Below, piece after piece: positions 35,132 to 48,700 of a stretch of 64,000 nt of DNA (its first letter is position 1; every line of letters begins with the position of its first letter). Source of the DNA: Oculina patagonica (taxonomy: Eukaryota); assembly GCF_052425735.1 (NCBI RefSeq), contig NC_135761.1:21948001-22012000 (forward strand). The letters run 5' to 3'. The notes under the pieces were generated by a model, which did not search any database, was not told the origin of the DNA, and worked only from the letters and a program-made list of their open reading frames with translations. The translations under genes were made by a program, and so were the position numbers.

Positions 35132-37884
35132 TATAACTAAACCTCTACACAGAGGTACCTCGAAAGAACCGGCACGATAAATTATTTTTTGAAGACCCAA
35201 ACCTCCCAAAATTAAACGACGCTGACCTAGAGAAGCTAGAATTGCCACTCACCAAGCAAGAATGTTTTGAAACGCTTAAAATAAGTGCCAAAGGCAAATG
35301 CCCAGGAAGCGACGGATTCACTGTAGAATTCTATTTACATTTTTGGTCCGTCTTAGGAGATGAAATGGTTGAAAGTTTTAATTATGCTCTAATACACAAA
35401 TGTCTAAATATAACTCAGAGACAAGGAATTATCAAAGTTGTGCCAAAAAAGCGGAAAAACAAGCTATACTTAGAAAACTGGAGACCAATATCTTTATTAA
35501 ACACTGACTATAAAATAATAACAAAGGCCATAGCAAGCAGAATCGCCAACTTTCTCCCCAAACTTATCCATGACGACCAAACCGGTTACGTCAAGGGGCG
35601 ATACATTGGCCAAAATATTAGGCTGATACAAGACATAATGAAAATAACATCTTTAGAAAATATACCAGGCATGGCAATATTCGTCGATTTTAAAAAAGCC
35701 TTTGATTCGGTTGATTGGCAGTTTTTATCCAAAGTTCTAGAAGCGTTTAACTTTGGGCCACAAATTCGCGACTGGATTAAAACTTTCTATACCGACATTA
35801 CTAGCTGTGTTATCAACAATGGACATGCCTCCGAATTTTTCAGCTTACAAAGAGGAGTCAGACAAGGCTGTCCCTTATCTGGAATCTTGTTTGTACTTTG
35901 TGCAGAAATCTTAGCGAACGCAGTTAGGAATAATAAGAATATTAGAGGAATACAAATTTATAACAAAGAATACAAAATATCACAATATGCAGATGACACT
36001 ACTGCATTTGTATCCGACGCGTTGTCAGCGCAGAACTTGTTCGAAACATTACGCGCCTTTCAAGAGATTTCAGGACTAGAAATAAATAAGTCCAAAACTG
36101 AAGGAATGTGGATAGGGTCACGGAGAAAGGACGCCTCGACACCTTTTGATATAGCTTGGCCTTCAGAGCCGATATATGCACTAGGAATCTATTTCTCTTA
36201 TGACGAAGCTGAAGCTTTCAAAAAAAATTTTGAACAAAAACTACTGTCTATGAAGAACCTTCTTAATCTTTGGCAATCAAGAAACCTCACGTTGTACGGT
36301 AAAATAACCATTCTTAAAAGCCTCGCTCTCTCGAAGCTAGTCTATAATACATCGGTACTTACTTTTCCCCGAGAATTTGAATCTTCAGTTCAAGCAACCA
36401 TTACTCAGTTTGTTTGGAACAACAAACCTAAAATTAAACATACCACCATGATAGGCCCGAAAGTTAAGGGTGGCTTAGATCTGCCAGATTTCGAAATAAT
36501 GAACAACGCTCTGAAAGTCACTTGGGTAAGAAGGCTGCACGAAAGCAATGAAAATGCAAGCTGGTGCCATATACCTCTCACACTATTAAAACAGGTAGGA
36601 GGTATTTTCCTACTAGAATGCAACTATGATTTAAAGTACCTCAAACTAGATATACCTATACAATTTTATAAGGATGCCTTAAGCATTTGGCAAATCATAA
36701 ATAATCATACTCCAGCAAACAAAGAACAGATTCTCAATGAAATTCTGTGGAACAATCGGTTTATTAAGATCGAAGGCTTCTCTGTTTATTACCATAGTTG
36801 GCATGCTGCAGGAATAACCAAAATCAAAGACATTTTCTACGAAAACAACTTCCTGACATTTGATAAATTTTGCCGCAAGTTCGCCATCAAAACAAATTTT
36901 CTTACTTATTATGGCTTATGCAACTCTATCCCCCAAAACTGGATCCGCTTGTTAAAAGAACTTGACACCGACGCACCCACTTGTTTAGAATATGCAGAGA
37001 AAATTCCTTTAGACAAGCTTTCATGTAAATCAGCTTCGAAACTTCTAATCGGGCTGAAATTCATACCTCCCACAGCAGAACAAAGAATGTGGCAAGCAAA
37101 CTTTGATAAGAAAACTATTAAAACTATATACAGCATTCCTTTTAAAGTGACCAAGGATATTAGGCTCGCTATATTCCAATTCAAAATTATACATTATATC
37201 TTGCCAACTAATGCAACCCTTTTCAGAGATAAGATCATTCAACATGATAAATGTCATGTCTGCGAGCAAAAACAAACCTTACAACATCTTTTTGTTTCTT
37301 GCCCGGACGTGCAATCTTTCTGGCAAACCTTTTCCCACTGGTGGAATGTTAAAAACGACGATTTTATTGACTTGAACGACAAAACCATAATATACGGCTT
37401 CACAAACAACTTTGGCCAACAACTTGGTTTAAACCTCTGCCTGATAATCGCCAAGTATTACATCTACTCTGCTTCAAGAGAACAAGAACAGTACTATTTC
37501 GAAGCCTTCCTTGCTTTCCTCAAAAGTAAACTATCTATTGAAAAGAGTACGTGCAAATCACAAATCATTCTTTAAATAAAACGTAAGCTAACCATTTCCT
37601 ACAAATGTAACTAAGTAAAAAACAAACTTGTATTACAATTTGTCCGGCAAACCATGTTATCACAAAAAAAAAAAAAAAAAAAAAATCTTACCAGATAGAA
37701 GCCCTTATTTGACTTTTGCATTCTTGTATTGAATTTTTTTCCTTTTCTTTATTTTAGTCTGTAACTTACAAGTCAATGTAATCTAAGCCGTCCTTTTGTT
37801 TATTCGTGGTTGTAAATAGTAACTAAATGTAAATTATTTTTTGAACTGTTCAATAAATGTTTGCAAACAAAAAAAAAAAAAAAA
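35132..37884 (+). mobile_element. 5'-truncated L1/Tx1-clade non-LTR retrotransposon (RT ORF ~35137-37575 intact)
   Basis: KCPGSDGFTVEFY, NWRPISLLNTDYKI, DFKKAFDSV, RGVRQGCPLS, QYADD, C-terminal CHVC..HLFVSC zinc motif; poly(A) tail; ~13-bp TSD ATATATATAACTC (35119-35131 / 37888-37900). Confidence 0.92.
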
Positions 37885-40800
37885 TATATATATATAACTC
37901 ACCAACTAACGTTTGGGATCGCTCGTATGGAATTATTTTGTCTTATTTGATTGGTAAGTTCGTTATGGAGCTCATAATAACCAACAGCAGCCTATTAATC
38001 TCTACTGTTTTTTTTGGTAGGTAAGTTCCTCATGGAACTCATAATAAATAACAGCAGCCTATTAACCTCTACTGGATTATTCTGCCTCATTTGGTTGGTG
38101 AACTCCTTATGGAATGCATAGTAACTCACCTTATGATAACTGACTCATAATAACTCATGATAACTGACCTCGTACTGGATTAATCTGTCTTATTTGGTTG
38201 GTAAGTTCCTTATGGAACTCATATTAACTGACAGCAGCCTATTGACCTCTTAGTGGATAATTCTATCTTTTTTGGTTGGTGAGTTCATTATGGAACTCAT
38301 AGTAACTGACAGCAGCCTATACACGTCGTACTGGATTATTCTGTCTTACTATGTTGGTGAGTTATATATATTAACCTAGTAAGGGATCCCACGTAAGGGA
38401 TTATGCTGTCTTATTTGGTTGCTGAGTTCCTTATGGAACTCATAATAATTAAAAGCGGCCTATTAACCTCGTACTGGATTATTGGGTCTCTCCCCAGTCT
38501 CAACAATAGTTTTGACATTGGCTCCAGACCTCTCGCTCTCGTTTCAACACCGAGCGCGTTCGCAAAAGATACGACTGTTTTGCAGTCTAGGGATCCCTCG
38601 TAAGGGATTATTCTGTCTTATTTGGTTGGTGAGTTCCTTATGGAACTCATGATAACTGACAGCAGACTATTGACCTTGTAACGGATTATTCTGTCAGCAT
38701 TATTGACCTCGTACTGTATTATTGTGTCTTATTTGGTTGGTGAGTTCCTTATGGAACTCATAATAACTGACAGCAGACTATTGACCTCGTATAGGATTAT
38801 TCTGTCTTATTTGGTTAGTGAGTTTCTTATGGAACTCAGAATAACTGACAGCAGCCTATTGCCCTCGTACTGGATTATTCTGTCCTACCTAGTTGGTGAG
38901 TTAAATATATAGACCTCATTTTGGATCACTCGAATGGGATTACTCTGTTTTTTTTGGTAGGTGAGTTCCTCATGGAACTCATAATAAATAACAGCAGCCT
39001 ATTAACCTCTACTGGATTATTCTGCCTCATTTGGTTGGTGAACTCCTTATGGAATGCATAGTAACTCACCTTATAATAACTGACTCATAATAGCTCATGA
39101 TAACTGACCTCGTACTGGATTAATCTGTCTTATTTGGTTGGTAAGTTCCTTATGGAACTCATATTAACTGACCGCAGCCTATTGACCTCGTAATCGATTT
39201 TTCTGTCTTATTTGGTTGGTGAGTTCCTTATGGAACTCATAATAACTGACAGCAGCCTATTGACCTCTTACTGGATAATTCTATCTTTTTTGGTTGGTGA
39301 GTTCCTTATGGAACTCATAGTAACTGACAGCAGCCTATTCACGTCGTACTGGATTATTCTGTCTTACTTGGTTGGTGAGTTATATATATTAACCTAGTAA
39401 GGGATCCCTCGTAAGGGATTATGCTGTCTTATTTGGTTGCTGAGTTCCTTATGGAACTCATAATAATTAAAAGCGGCCTATTAACCTCGTACTGGATTAT
39501 TGGGTCTCTCCCCAGTCTCACCAATAGTTTTGACATTGGCTCCAGACCTCTCGCTCTGGTTTCAACACCGAGCGCGTTCGCAAAAGATACGACTGCTTTG
39601 CAGTCTAGGGATCCCTCGTAAGGGATTATTCTGTCTTATTTGGTTGGTGAGTTCCTTATGGAACTCATAATAACTGACAGCAGACTATTGACCTGGTAAC
39701 GGATTATTCTGTCAGCATTATTGACCTCGTACTGTATTATTGTGTCTTATTTGGTTGGTTAGTTCCTTATAGAAATCATATTAACTGACAGCAGCCTATT
39801 GACCTCGTACTGGATTATTGTGTCTTATTTGGTTGGTAAGTTCGTTATGGAACTCATAATAACTGACAGCACACTATTGACCACGTAAAGGATTATTGTG
39901 TCTTATTTGGTTGGTGAGTTTCTTATGGAAATCAAAATAACTGACAGCAGCCTATTGCCCTCGTACTGGATTATTCTGTCCTACCTAGTTGGTGAGTTAA
40001 ATATATAGACCTCGTTTTGGTTCACTCGAATGGGATTACTCTGTTTTTTTTTTGGTAGGTGAGTTCCTCATGGAACTCATAATAAATAACAGCAGCCTAT
40101 TAACCTCTACTGGATTATTTTGCCTCATTTGGTTGGTGAACTCCTTATGGAATGCATAGTAACTCACCTTATAATAACTGACTCATAATAGCTCATGATA
40201 ACTGACGTCGTACTGGATTAATCTGTCTTATTTGGTTGGTGAGTTCCTTATGGAACTCATAATAACTGACAGCAGCCTATTGACCTCTTACTGGATAATT
40301 CTATCTTTTTTGGTTGGTGAGTTCCTTATGGAACTCATAGTAACTGACAGCAGCCTATTCACGTCATACTGGATTATTCTGTCTTACTTGGTTGGTGAGT
40401 TATATATATTAACCTAGTAAGGGATCCCTCGTAAGGGATTATGCTGTCTTATTTGGTTGCTGAGTTCCTTATGGAACTCATAATAATTAAAAGCGGCCTA
40501 TTAACCTCGTACTGGATTATTGGGTCTCTCCCCAGTCTCACCAATAGTTTTGACATTGGCTCCAGACCTCTCGCTCTGGTTTCAACACCGAGCGCGTTCG
40601 CAAAAGATACGACTGTTTTGCAGTCTAGGGATCCCTCGTAAGGGATTATTCTGTCTTATTTGGTTGGTGAGTTCCTTATGGAACTCATGATAACTGACAG
40701 CAGACTATTGACCTGGTAACAGATTATTCTGTCAGCATTATTGACCTCGTACTGTATTATTGTGTCTTATTTGGTTGGTGAGTTCCTTATGGAACTCATA

Positions 40801-41692
40801 ATAACTGACAGCAGACTATTGACCTCGTAAAGGATTATTCTGTCTTATTTGGTTGGTGAGTTTCTTATGGAACTCAGAATAACTGACAGCACCCTATTGC
40901 CCTCGTATTGGATTATTCTGTCTTACTTAGTTGGTGAGTTATATATATAGACCTCGTTTCGGATCCCTCGTATGGGATTACTCTGTCTTATTTGGTAGGT
41001 GAGTTCCTTATGGAACTCATAATAATTGACAGCGGCCTATTAACCTCGTACTGGATTATTGTGTCTTATTTGGTTGGTGGATTCCTTATGGAACTTATAA
41101 TAACTGACAGCAGCCTATTAACGTCGTACTGGATTATTCTGTCTTTCTTGGTGAGTATATATTAACCTGGTAGGGGATCCCTCGTAAGGGATTATTCTGT
41201 CTTAATTGTTTGGTGAGTTCCTTATGGAACTCATAATAACTGACAGCAGACTATTGACCTGGTAACGGATTATTCTGTCAGCATTATTGACCTCGTACTG
41301 TATTATTGTGTCTTATTTGGTTGGCGAGTTCCTTATGAAACCCAAAATAACTGACAGCAGACTATTGACCTCGTAAAGGATTATTCTGTCTTATTTGGTT
41401 GGTGAGTTTCTTATGGAACTCAGAATAACTGACAGCACCCTATTGCCCTCGTACTGGATTATTCTGTCTTACTTAGTTGGTGAGTTATATATATAGACCT
41501 CGTTTCGGATCCCTCGTATGGGATAACTCTGTCTTATTTGGTAGGTGAGTTCCTTATGGAACTCTTAATAATTGACAGCGGCCTATTAACCTCGTACTGG
41601 ATTATTGTGTCTTATTTGGTTGGTGGATTCCTTATGGAACTTATAATAACTGACAGCAGCCTATTCACGTCGTACTGGATTATTCTGTCTTT

Positions 41693-42953
41693 AAGATAAA
41701 GATAAGATAAAATTTTATTGAACACTCCTAAAGAGGTTTTTCAGTGAACAATACATGAAGTTGAATAAAATGTAAAATTTAAGATGTGTACACTAGTTAT
41801 ATATTATAAAAACAAAATAAAAAGAAACAGAAAGAAAAATGAAAGAAATAAGAAAAAAATTAATTTAAAAACTCGCTGAGAAGCTTTGTCTTCAGAGCTT
41901 TCTTAAAAATTGTATGACTCTTGCATAGTTTTAAGTCTTTGTCTAAAGAGTTCCATAGCTTTACTATTCTGTAATAAAATGACTTCTGGCCAGCAGTGGT
42001 TTTGCACAGGGGAATATTCAGTTGTTGTGAATTTCTTGTGGTTCTGCTTTATATTTGTTGCCTTTTGACAAATTGCGAAGTCAGATAGGTCGGGGCACAG
42101 CCCGTCATGCACTTAAATGCGAAAACAGCGTCTCGGAGGTAAAGCTGCTTTTTTACGGGAAGCCACCTCAAATTCTTGAGTGATGGAGTTATATGCTCAA
42201 ATTTGAATGTACCACTAATTATCCGAGCAGCGAAATTCTGAACGAGTTGAAGTTTTTGCACATTGCAGGCAGTGGTGCTGGACCATACAGTAGAACAATA
42301 GTACAACTTACTGAAAACGAGCGCGTTGATGATAGTCACTAATAGGTCGGAGTTAAATGCGTGCTTTGCCCGATTAATCTGAGCTAATTTACTCATACAG
42401 GATGAAACTGTCGCTAAAATGTGGTTTTCAAATGACAGAGTGGGGTCGAATGTTACACCAAGATCTTTGATGGACTCTGACGGCAAGAGTTCCTTTCCGA
42501 GCAGCGAAAGCTTGAAATCAGATAGTCTACGGATCATCGGGCGGCTGCCAAAGATCATGAGCTTTGTCTTTTCAGGGTTAAGCAGAAGACAATTATCAAA
42601 ACACCAGTTACGGATTAGATGTAAATCTTTTTGAATAGTGTCCTTTGCTTCGTCAGCATCACCAACTTTGAAAGACAAATGAAGTTTGGCTGGTTGCTGG
42701 AAGGTCATTTACATAGATACTAAACAGCATAGCCCCGAGTACGCTGTCTTGAGGGACGCCACAAGTAACGGGTAAAGCGTCTCATAGCGTTGAGTTTATG
42801 CGAACTACCTGAGATCTTTGGGACAGATAGCTAGAAAACCATGTTAACGCAGATGAGGAGATGCCAATGTTCTTGAGTTTCTTTATTAGAATTTCATGCT
42901 TGATACTGTCGAAGGCCTTGCTCATGTCTAGGTACACGACTGCAGTAACTTTA
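41693..42953 (-). mobile_element. 5'-truncated, frameshifted CR1/L2-group LINE fragment
   Basis: LDMSKAFDSI (~42905-42930), TCGVPQ (~42750), IKDLGVTFDPTLSF, SKLYYCSTVW, KLQLVQNFAAR, EHITPSLKNLRWLPV; short-repeat tail (TTATC) at 41693-41712; TSD GTCTTT. Confidence 0.85.
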
Positions 42954-45775
42954 GTCTTTCTTGGTGAGTTATATATTAACCTGGTAGGGGATCCCTCGTA
43001 AGTGATTATTCTGTCTTAATTGTTTGGTTAGTTCCTTATGGAACTCATAATAACTGACAGCAGACTATTGACCTGGTAACGGATTAGTCTGTCAGCATTA
43101 TTGACCTCGAACTGTATTATTGCACCTTATTTGGTTGGTGAGTTCCTTATGAAACTCATAATAACTGACAGTAGGCTATTGACCTCGTAAAGGATTATTC
43201 TGTCTTATTTGGTTGTTTAGTTCCTTATAGAACTCATAATAACTGACAGCAGCCTAATGACCTCGTACTGGATTATTGTGTCTTATTTGGTTGGTAAGTT
43301 CGTTATGGAACTCAAAATAACTGACAGCACACTATTGACCTCGTACTGTATTATTGTGTCTTATTTGGTTGGTGAGTTCCTTATGGAACTCATAATAACT
43401 GACAGCAGACTATTGACCTCGTAAAGGATTATTCTGTCTTATTTGGTTGGTTAGTTCCTTATAGAACTCATAATAACTGACAGCAGCCTATTGACCTCGT
43501 ACTGGATTATTGTGTCTTATTTGGTTAGTAAGTTCGTTATGGAACTCATAATAACTGACAGCACACTATTGACCTCGTAAAGGATTATTGTGTCTTATTT
43601 GGTTGGTGAGTTTCGTATGGATCTCAAAATAACTGACAGCAGCCTATTGCCCTCGTACTGGATTATTCTGTCCTACCTAGTTGGTGACTTATATATATAG
43701 ACCTCGTTTTGGATCACTCGAATGGGATTACTTTTTTTTTGGTAGGTGAGTTCCTCATGGAACTCATGATAAATAACAGCAGCCTATTAACCTCTACTGG
43801 ATTATTCTGCCTCATTGGATTGGTGAACTCCTTATAGAATGCATAGTAACTCACCTTATAATAACTGACTCATAATAACTCATGATAACTGACCTCGTAC
43901 TGGATTAATCTGTCTTATTTGGTTGGTAAGTTCCCTATGGAACTCATATTAACTGACCGCAGCCTGTTGACCTCATACTCGATTTTTTTGTCTTATTTGG
44001 TTGGTGAGTTCCTTATGGAACTCATAATAACTGACAGCAGCCTTTTGACCTCTTACTGGATAATTCTATCTTTTTTGGTTGGTGAGTTCTTTATGGAACT
44101 CATAGTAACTGACAGCAGCTTATTCACGTCGTACTGGATTATTCTGTCTTACTTGGTTGATTAGTTATATATATATATTAACCTAGTAAGGGATCCCTCG
44201 TAAGGGATTATGCTGTCTTATTTGGTTGCTGAGTGCCTTATGGAACTCATAATAATTAAAAGCGGCCTATTAACCTCGTACTGGATTATTGGCTCTCTTC
44301 CCAGTCTCACCAATAGTTTTGACATTGGCTCCAGACCTCTCGCTCTCGTTTCAACACCGAGCGCGTTCGCAAAAGATACGACTGTTTTGCAGTCTAGGGA
44401 TCCCTCGTAAGGGATTATTCTGTCTTATTTGGTTGGTGAGTTCCTTATGGAACTCATAATAACTGACAGCAGACTATTGACCTGGAAACAGATTATTCTG
44501 TCAGCATTATTGACCTCGTACTGTATTATTGTGTCTTATTTGGTTGGTGAGTTCCTTATGGAACTCATAATAACTGACAGCAGACTATTGACCTCGTAAA
44601 GGATTATTCTGTCTTATTTGGTTGGTGAGTTTCCTATTGAACTCTTAATAACTGACAGCAGCCTATTGCCCTCGTACTGGATTTTTGTGTCTTACTTAGT
44701 TGTTGAGTTAGACCTGGTTTGTGATCCCTCGTATGGGATTACTCTGTTCTATTTGGTAGGTGAGTTCCTAATGGAACTCATAATAAATAATAGCCGCCGA
44801 TTAACCTCTACTGGATTGTTCTGCCTTATTTGGTTTGTGAGTTCCTTATGGAATGCATAGTAGTTCACCTTATAATAACTGACTCATAATAACTGACCTC
44901 GAACTGGATTATTCTGTCTTATTTTGTTGGTGAGTTCCTTATGGAACTCATAGTAACTGACAGAAGGCTATTGACCTCGTAGTGGATTATTCTGCCTTAT
45001 TAGGTTGGTGAGTACCTTATGGAACTCATAGCAACTGACCTTATAATAACTTATTCACAATAACTCATAATAACTGACCTCGTACTGGATTATTCTGACT
45101 TATTTAGTTGCTGAGTTCCTTATGGAACTCATAATAATTGACAGCAGACTATTGACCTCGTAACAGATAATTCTGTCAACATTATTGACCTCGTGCTGGA
45201 TTATTGCGTCTTATTTGCTAGGTGAGTTCCTTATGGAACTCATAATAACTGAGAGCAGACTATTGACCTCGTAAAGGATTATTCTGTCTTATTTGGTTGG
45301 TGAGTTTCTTATTGAACTCAGAATAACTGACAGCACCCTATTGCCCTCGTACTGGATTATTCTGTCTTACTTAGTTGTTGAGTTATATATATAGACCTCG
45401 TTTCGGATCCCTCGTATGGGATTACTCTGTCTTATTTGGTAGGTGAGTTCCTTATGGAACTCATAATAATTGACAGCAGACTATTGACCTCGTAACAGAT
45501 TATTCTGTCAGCATTATTGACCTCGTACTGGATTATTGTTTCTTATTTGCTTGGTGAGTTCTTTATGGAACTCATAATAACTGACAGCAGACTATTGACC
45601 TCGTAAAGGATTATTCTGTCTTATTTGGTTGGTGAGTTTCTTATGGAACTCAAAATAACTGACAGCAGCCTATTGCCCTCGTACTGGATTATTCTGTCTT
45701 ACTTAGTTGGTGAGTTATATATATAAACCTCGTTTCGGATCCCTCGTATGGGATTACTCTGTCTTATTTGGTAGG

Positions 45776-48700
45776 TGTGAATTTCACGGCCAGTCCAGTC
45801 CGTATCAGAGTTTCTTAGCCAACGTACATCTCTAAGCCATGCGTGTCTACGCAGCCCTACATTTGGTGGAGGCAGCGTGGCCGAGTGGTTAGAGCGCCGG
45901 ACTTGTAATCCGGAGGTCGCGGGTTCAAGTCCCGTTCTGACCACTAGCTGGATTTGTTCTCGGTAGTCCCGAGTTCAACTCCTCGGCCACGCTTGTAAGT
46001 AGCCAACTGGTCTGCCTCCTGCCAGTTGGGATTTTTAACCATGTTATGTTATGTTCATTTAATATATTTGTTTCATATTGGCCCTGAAAAGCCCCATTGG
46101 GGGAGTGGTCAATTAAGTATTATTATTACTATTATTATTATTATTTCGTCCTACGTTTCGCTTCGAAATTCTCTGAAAATTCGTAACTTTCTTCGCGAAC
46201 TTCGCGAACTAACTAACCGCTCCCAATCTAACTACAAAGTCAAAAATACTCGTTCCCACAATCAAAAAATGTCACGTGCATGCAAAACACGGAATTATTC
46301 AGAGTTACGTTGCCAATCGCGCCCACGTGCATTTAAGCACGAAAGACACGACAGCGGCCCCACAAACGTCAAAGTTTAAGCGTTTGTTAATCCTCGTAAG
46401 TGTCTTTCATTCCTGTCCATCTAATAGGCACAGCTTTACGATTGGACGAAGCAACTCCTTGCTTGAAGTCTTCACCTTAGCGGATCGCACCTTTGAATCT
46501 CTTCCCTCAAAGACCTCAGTTACACGACCCACAGTCCACTTGTTGCGAGGGACATTCTCTTCCAAAACGAGCACCAGGTCGCCCACTCTAACCTTCCTTT
46601 GGTCTCTTAACCACTTTCCTCTTTCACTCAGACTCGGTAGATATTCATTAATCCACCTCTTCCAGAAGACGTCGGCTAGGTATTGGACCTTTCTCCACTG
46701 TTTCCTGCCCAAATGGTCTTCCTTGACGAAAAGCCCTGGTGGCAACCCAGACACCTTCCTTTGCAGCAAGAAGTGATTGGGGGCCAATGCTTCCAAATCG
46801 GCAGAGTCATCTGATGCTTCTACGATTGGACGATTATTCATAATGGATTCCACTTCAGTTAGCAGTGTTCGCAACGCAAATTCACCGAGCAATCTATCTC
46901 CTGCGACAGCCTTCAGATGCTTTTTGGTAGTCTGCTCTAGTCGCTCCCAGACCCCGGACATGTGAGGTGCTGCTGGGGGATGAAGGGTCCACTTGACTTC
47001 TCTTTGTTGCAATTCTTGGCAAATTTTTACGTGGTTCCACCTATCGATGGCTTCGTTGAGTTCGCGCTCCGCGCCAACAAAGTTAGTGCCTCTATCTATC
47101 TGATCTAATTTCCTTGGGAGGACCCCTTCGGCTAATGAACTGTCGCAAGGCCATGATGAAATCGTCAGTTTCCAGTGAGGGCACAAGTTCGAGGAAAACA
47201 GCTCGCGTGGACAGACAAGTGAAAATGCATCCCAGCGCTTTGCTAAACCGCGGCCCCACGTAACCATTAGTGGACCGAAAAAGTCGACACCAGAGAACGT
47301 GAAGGGCGGATTGTACGGTTCTAATCTCTCTCTAGGAAGGGGAGCCATAATCTGCTTCATAGGCCTCTCGTTCAATCTGCGACACTTCACACAATTTCTA
47401 ATGGTGCTCTTTGCTAAACCTCTGCCTCCAGAACATTTTCCTTGTTTGAGCCAGGGTCTGCTCCTTGCCGGCATGGGCTAAACTTTCGTGGCAATGACGG
47501 ACGATCAGCTGACTGATGTGATGGTTCCTTGGAAGTATTACGGGATGTCTTTCGTTATACGACAGCACTACTGCCTCCTCTAAGCGACCTCCGACACGAA
47601 GAATTCCTTCCGTCAGTACCGGTTTCAACTTTACAAGTTTGGACGACGTCTTTACTTCCCTGCCGGCCTTGAGGTCTCTCAGTTCTTCTGCAAAGCTTTC
47701 AGCCTGAACCAACCGCATGAGAAACAGTGTTACCTCTTCTAACTCTTCCGTGGTTAGTGTTCGTGTCGTTGGGGAGACTTCCCGGGACCTTAGCCAGTAG
47801 CAGAATCGCACTAGCCAAGCAAGCAACGTAACGTTGCAACTTAAACCAAGAGCTGTAGTGCGATATCATCTCGTAAACGGTCGGTTTGCTCGCGCAACGA
47901 GCATCTGAGTGAACTCTAACGTGAGGGTTTACAGTCCTGATTGAATGAATTTGTGCTTCATTTCGAACTTCAGGATCGTCATGTGGAACTTCGCCAATCT
48001 CAGTTTTGGGCCAGTTGTTCTCCGATTGCCACAAGTACTCTGGTCCTTTCCACCAGCGATGCTGACTTGATAACCTTTTAGGCTTTAAGCCACGCGAGGC
48101 GTCGTCGGCTGGGTTCAACCTTCCAGGACAGTGTCTCCATTGGTCCGGCCTGGTAATCTCACGAATTTCAGCAATTCTGTTAGCTACGTAGGTGTTGAAA
48201 CGCTTTGTTTCATTCTTGATGTACTGCAAGGTAGTTTGAGAATCGGTCCAGAATACGACTCTGTCAATCTTGTAGGTTAACTCATCCCTGCAAACTTGAT
48301 AAATCTTGGCAGATAACGTTGCAGCTTGTAACTCGAGCCTTGGGATTGAAATAGCTCTCACTGGCATCGTCTTTGATTTACCAACCAGAAACGAGCACTG
48401 AATGGACCCATCTTCATAAACGAACCGCAGATAGGAGCACATGCCGTAACCCTCGTCTGACGCGTCTGAGTACTGGTGGAGAGAGATTTCCTTTACTTCT
48501 CCTTGTAGCTGGAGATAGCATCTTGGTATTTGAACTTGCGATAAAGCTGATAATTCAGACTTCCAACGTTCCCAGTGGGCCAGCTCAAACTCTGGGACAG
48601 GATCGTCCCAATCCAACTGCAGTTTCCACAGCCGCTGTATAATCTTCTTTGCTTCTAGCACCACTGGACAAACGAAACCCACAGGATCGTAAAGGGAACT

